Assembly (NCBI RefSeq): GCF_009914755.1
Contig: NC_060929.1
Length of the DNA stretch: 64,000 bases
Reading direction: 5' to 3' (one strand)
DNA from: the human T2T-CHM13v2.0 reference genome, Homo sapiens
Below, piece by piece: positions 62,959 to 64,000 of the stretch. The notes under the pieces were generated by a model. The model was not told the DNA's origin and searched no databases. It saw nothing but the letters and a program-made list of their open reading frames with translations. The position numbers were made by a program, and so were the translations under genes. Position 1 is the first letter of the stretch; each line of letters starts with the position of its first letter.

Positions 62959-64000
62959 TATACGTATATTCTTTAGTGATTGATTCCAAAGATCAGCTGG
63001 CCTTTAGTCTTTAGCAATATATGCCCATTCAGCCACTTACAGTGAAAAGGCTGGATAGTTAGAATGCATTTCCCTTGCTCAGAAAACTCAAAAGCTTTTA
63101 TTTTGATAGGAAAATCTTGCTAGAACCAGGTACAAGAAAGGCAAGAAAGGGGGACACAGGAGAGAAAGTCAGAAGGTAAAACAGGTTAGAGTTTCAAACA
63201 AGTCCAAATTTGAAACAGGCCCTTGAATCTGAGGTCCAAATGATTTTTTATTCAATGGACTGAATATTTGGCCATGAAACCCCAGATATTTCAACCTCCA
63301 TCCAAGAGACTTTGTGTCTGTATTCATGAGCTTTTTCATGTGAGATACCATCAAAAGTCTATGCCTTGATATAAAGGAAAGAAATCCGTAGATCCTCAGG
63401 GATCCCAGCCTCACCATTTATTTTGTTTTATTTATTTTTTTTAACCACTGTGTTATTCACATTTAACACAGAAAAAAAAAATCTGTCTGACCTGGCAAAG
63501 TAGAAATCAGCACTAAAGACAAAAAACACACCCATGAGGGTCCAGGAACCATGGAATTATTATTACTTGATTTTGTTCTGTTAAGCAAAATCAAAAATCT
63601 CTTCCTCCTTTTTCCCAGGCTACTGACTTTTTCTTTTCCTGAATAAATTCGAAGAGAAGCAGCTGTTGGAATCTAAATCAACCAACATTTTGTTCAGGAA
63701 CTTTATAAACATTTGGGGTTTTGCATAAGCTTATTTATTGCCTAGGCCAAAGTAGCTTTTCTTGCTTTTGCTCAAACCAAAAGTGCTTTTGCTCAGCACT
63801 CCCATTGGGGGCAGTATGGTGGTGGGGGGTATGCTCCAGAAAGGGGTAAGCAAAGCCTTCAATCACAATGGATTGTTTTCTGACAAGTATGTTCTCTTTT
63901 ATTTCCTGCAGAAAGTGTCTTTATGATGCTTATTTTTATTTTGCATCCCTTTTCTTTTCCTTTCTCCTTTTTGACTGTTTGTGCCACATGGGGCAAGTCT

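Overview
This is primate, most likely human, genomic DNA from inside the PRDM6 gene (PR/SET domain zinc-finger protein 6), transcribed on the + strand. Three internal coding exons with GT-AG boundaries lie at 44581-44708, 48211-48335 and 59461-59803. They splice in frame to give the C-terminal half of the PR/SET domain, a linker and the first, atypical zinc finger. Positions 1-44580 are the distal part of one very long intron (intron 3 by my recollection of the gene model). The rest of the window is intronic: Alu, L1, L2, MIR, LTR and DNA-transposon relics, simple repeats, and several repeat-poor blocks that look like enhancers. Nearly all ORFs in the supplied track are repeat-derived or chance. 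I found no demonstrable new biological system. The best leads are hypotheses about PRDM6 regulation: a cluster of TCF/LEF sites, routes to PR-less or SET-deleted isoforms (sense LTRs, an in-frame cryptic donor, a strong internal ATG), a 470-nt AG-free pyrimidine tract ending in a splice acceptor, and inverted Alus around the zinc-finger exon. Repeat subfamily names, exon numbers and literature points are from memory, and boundaries of old repeats are approximate.
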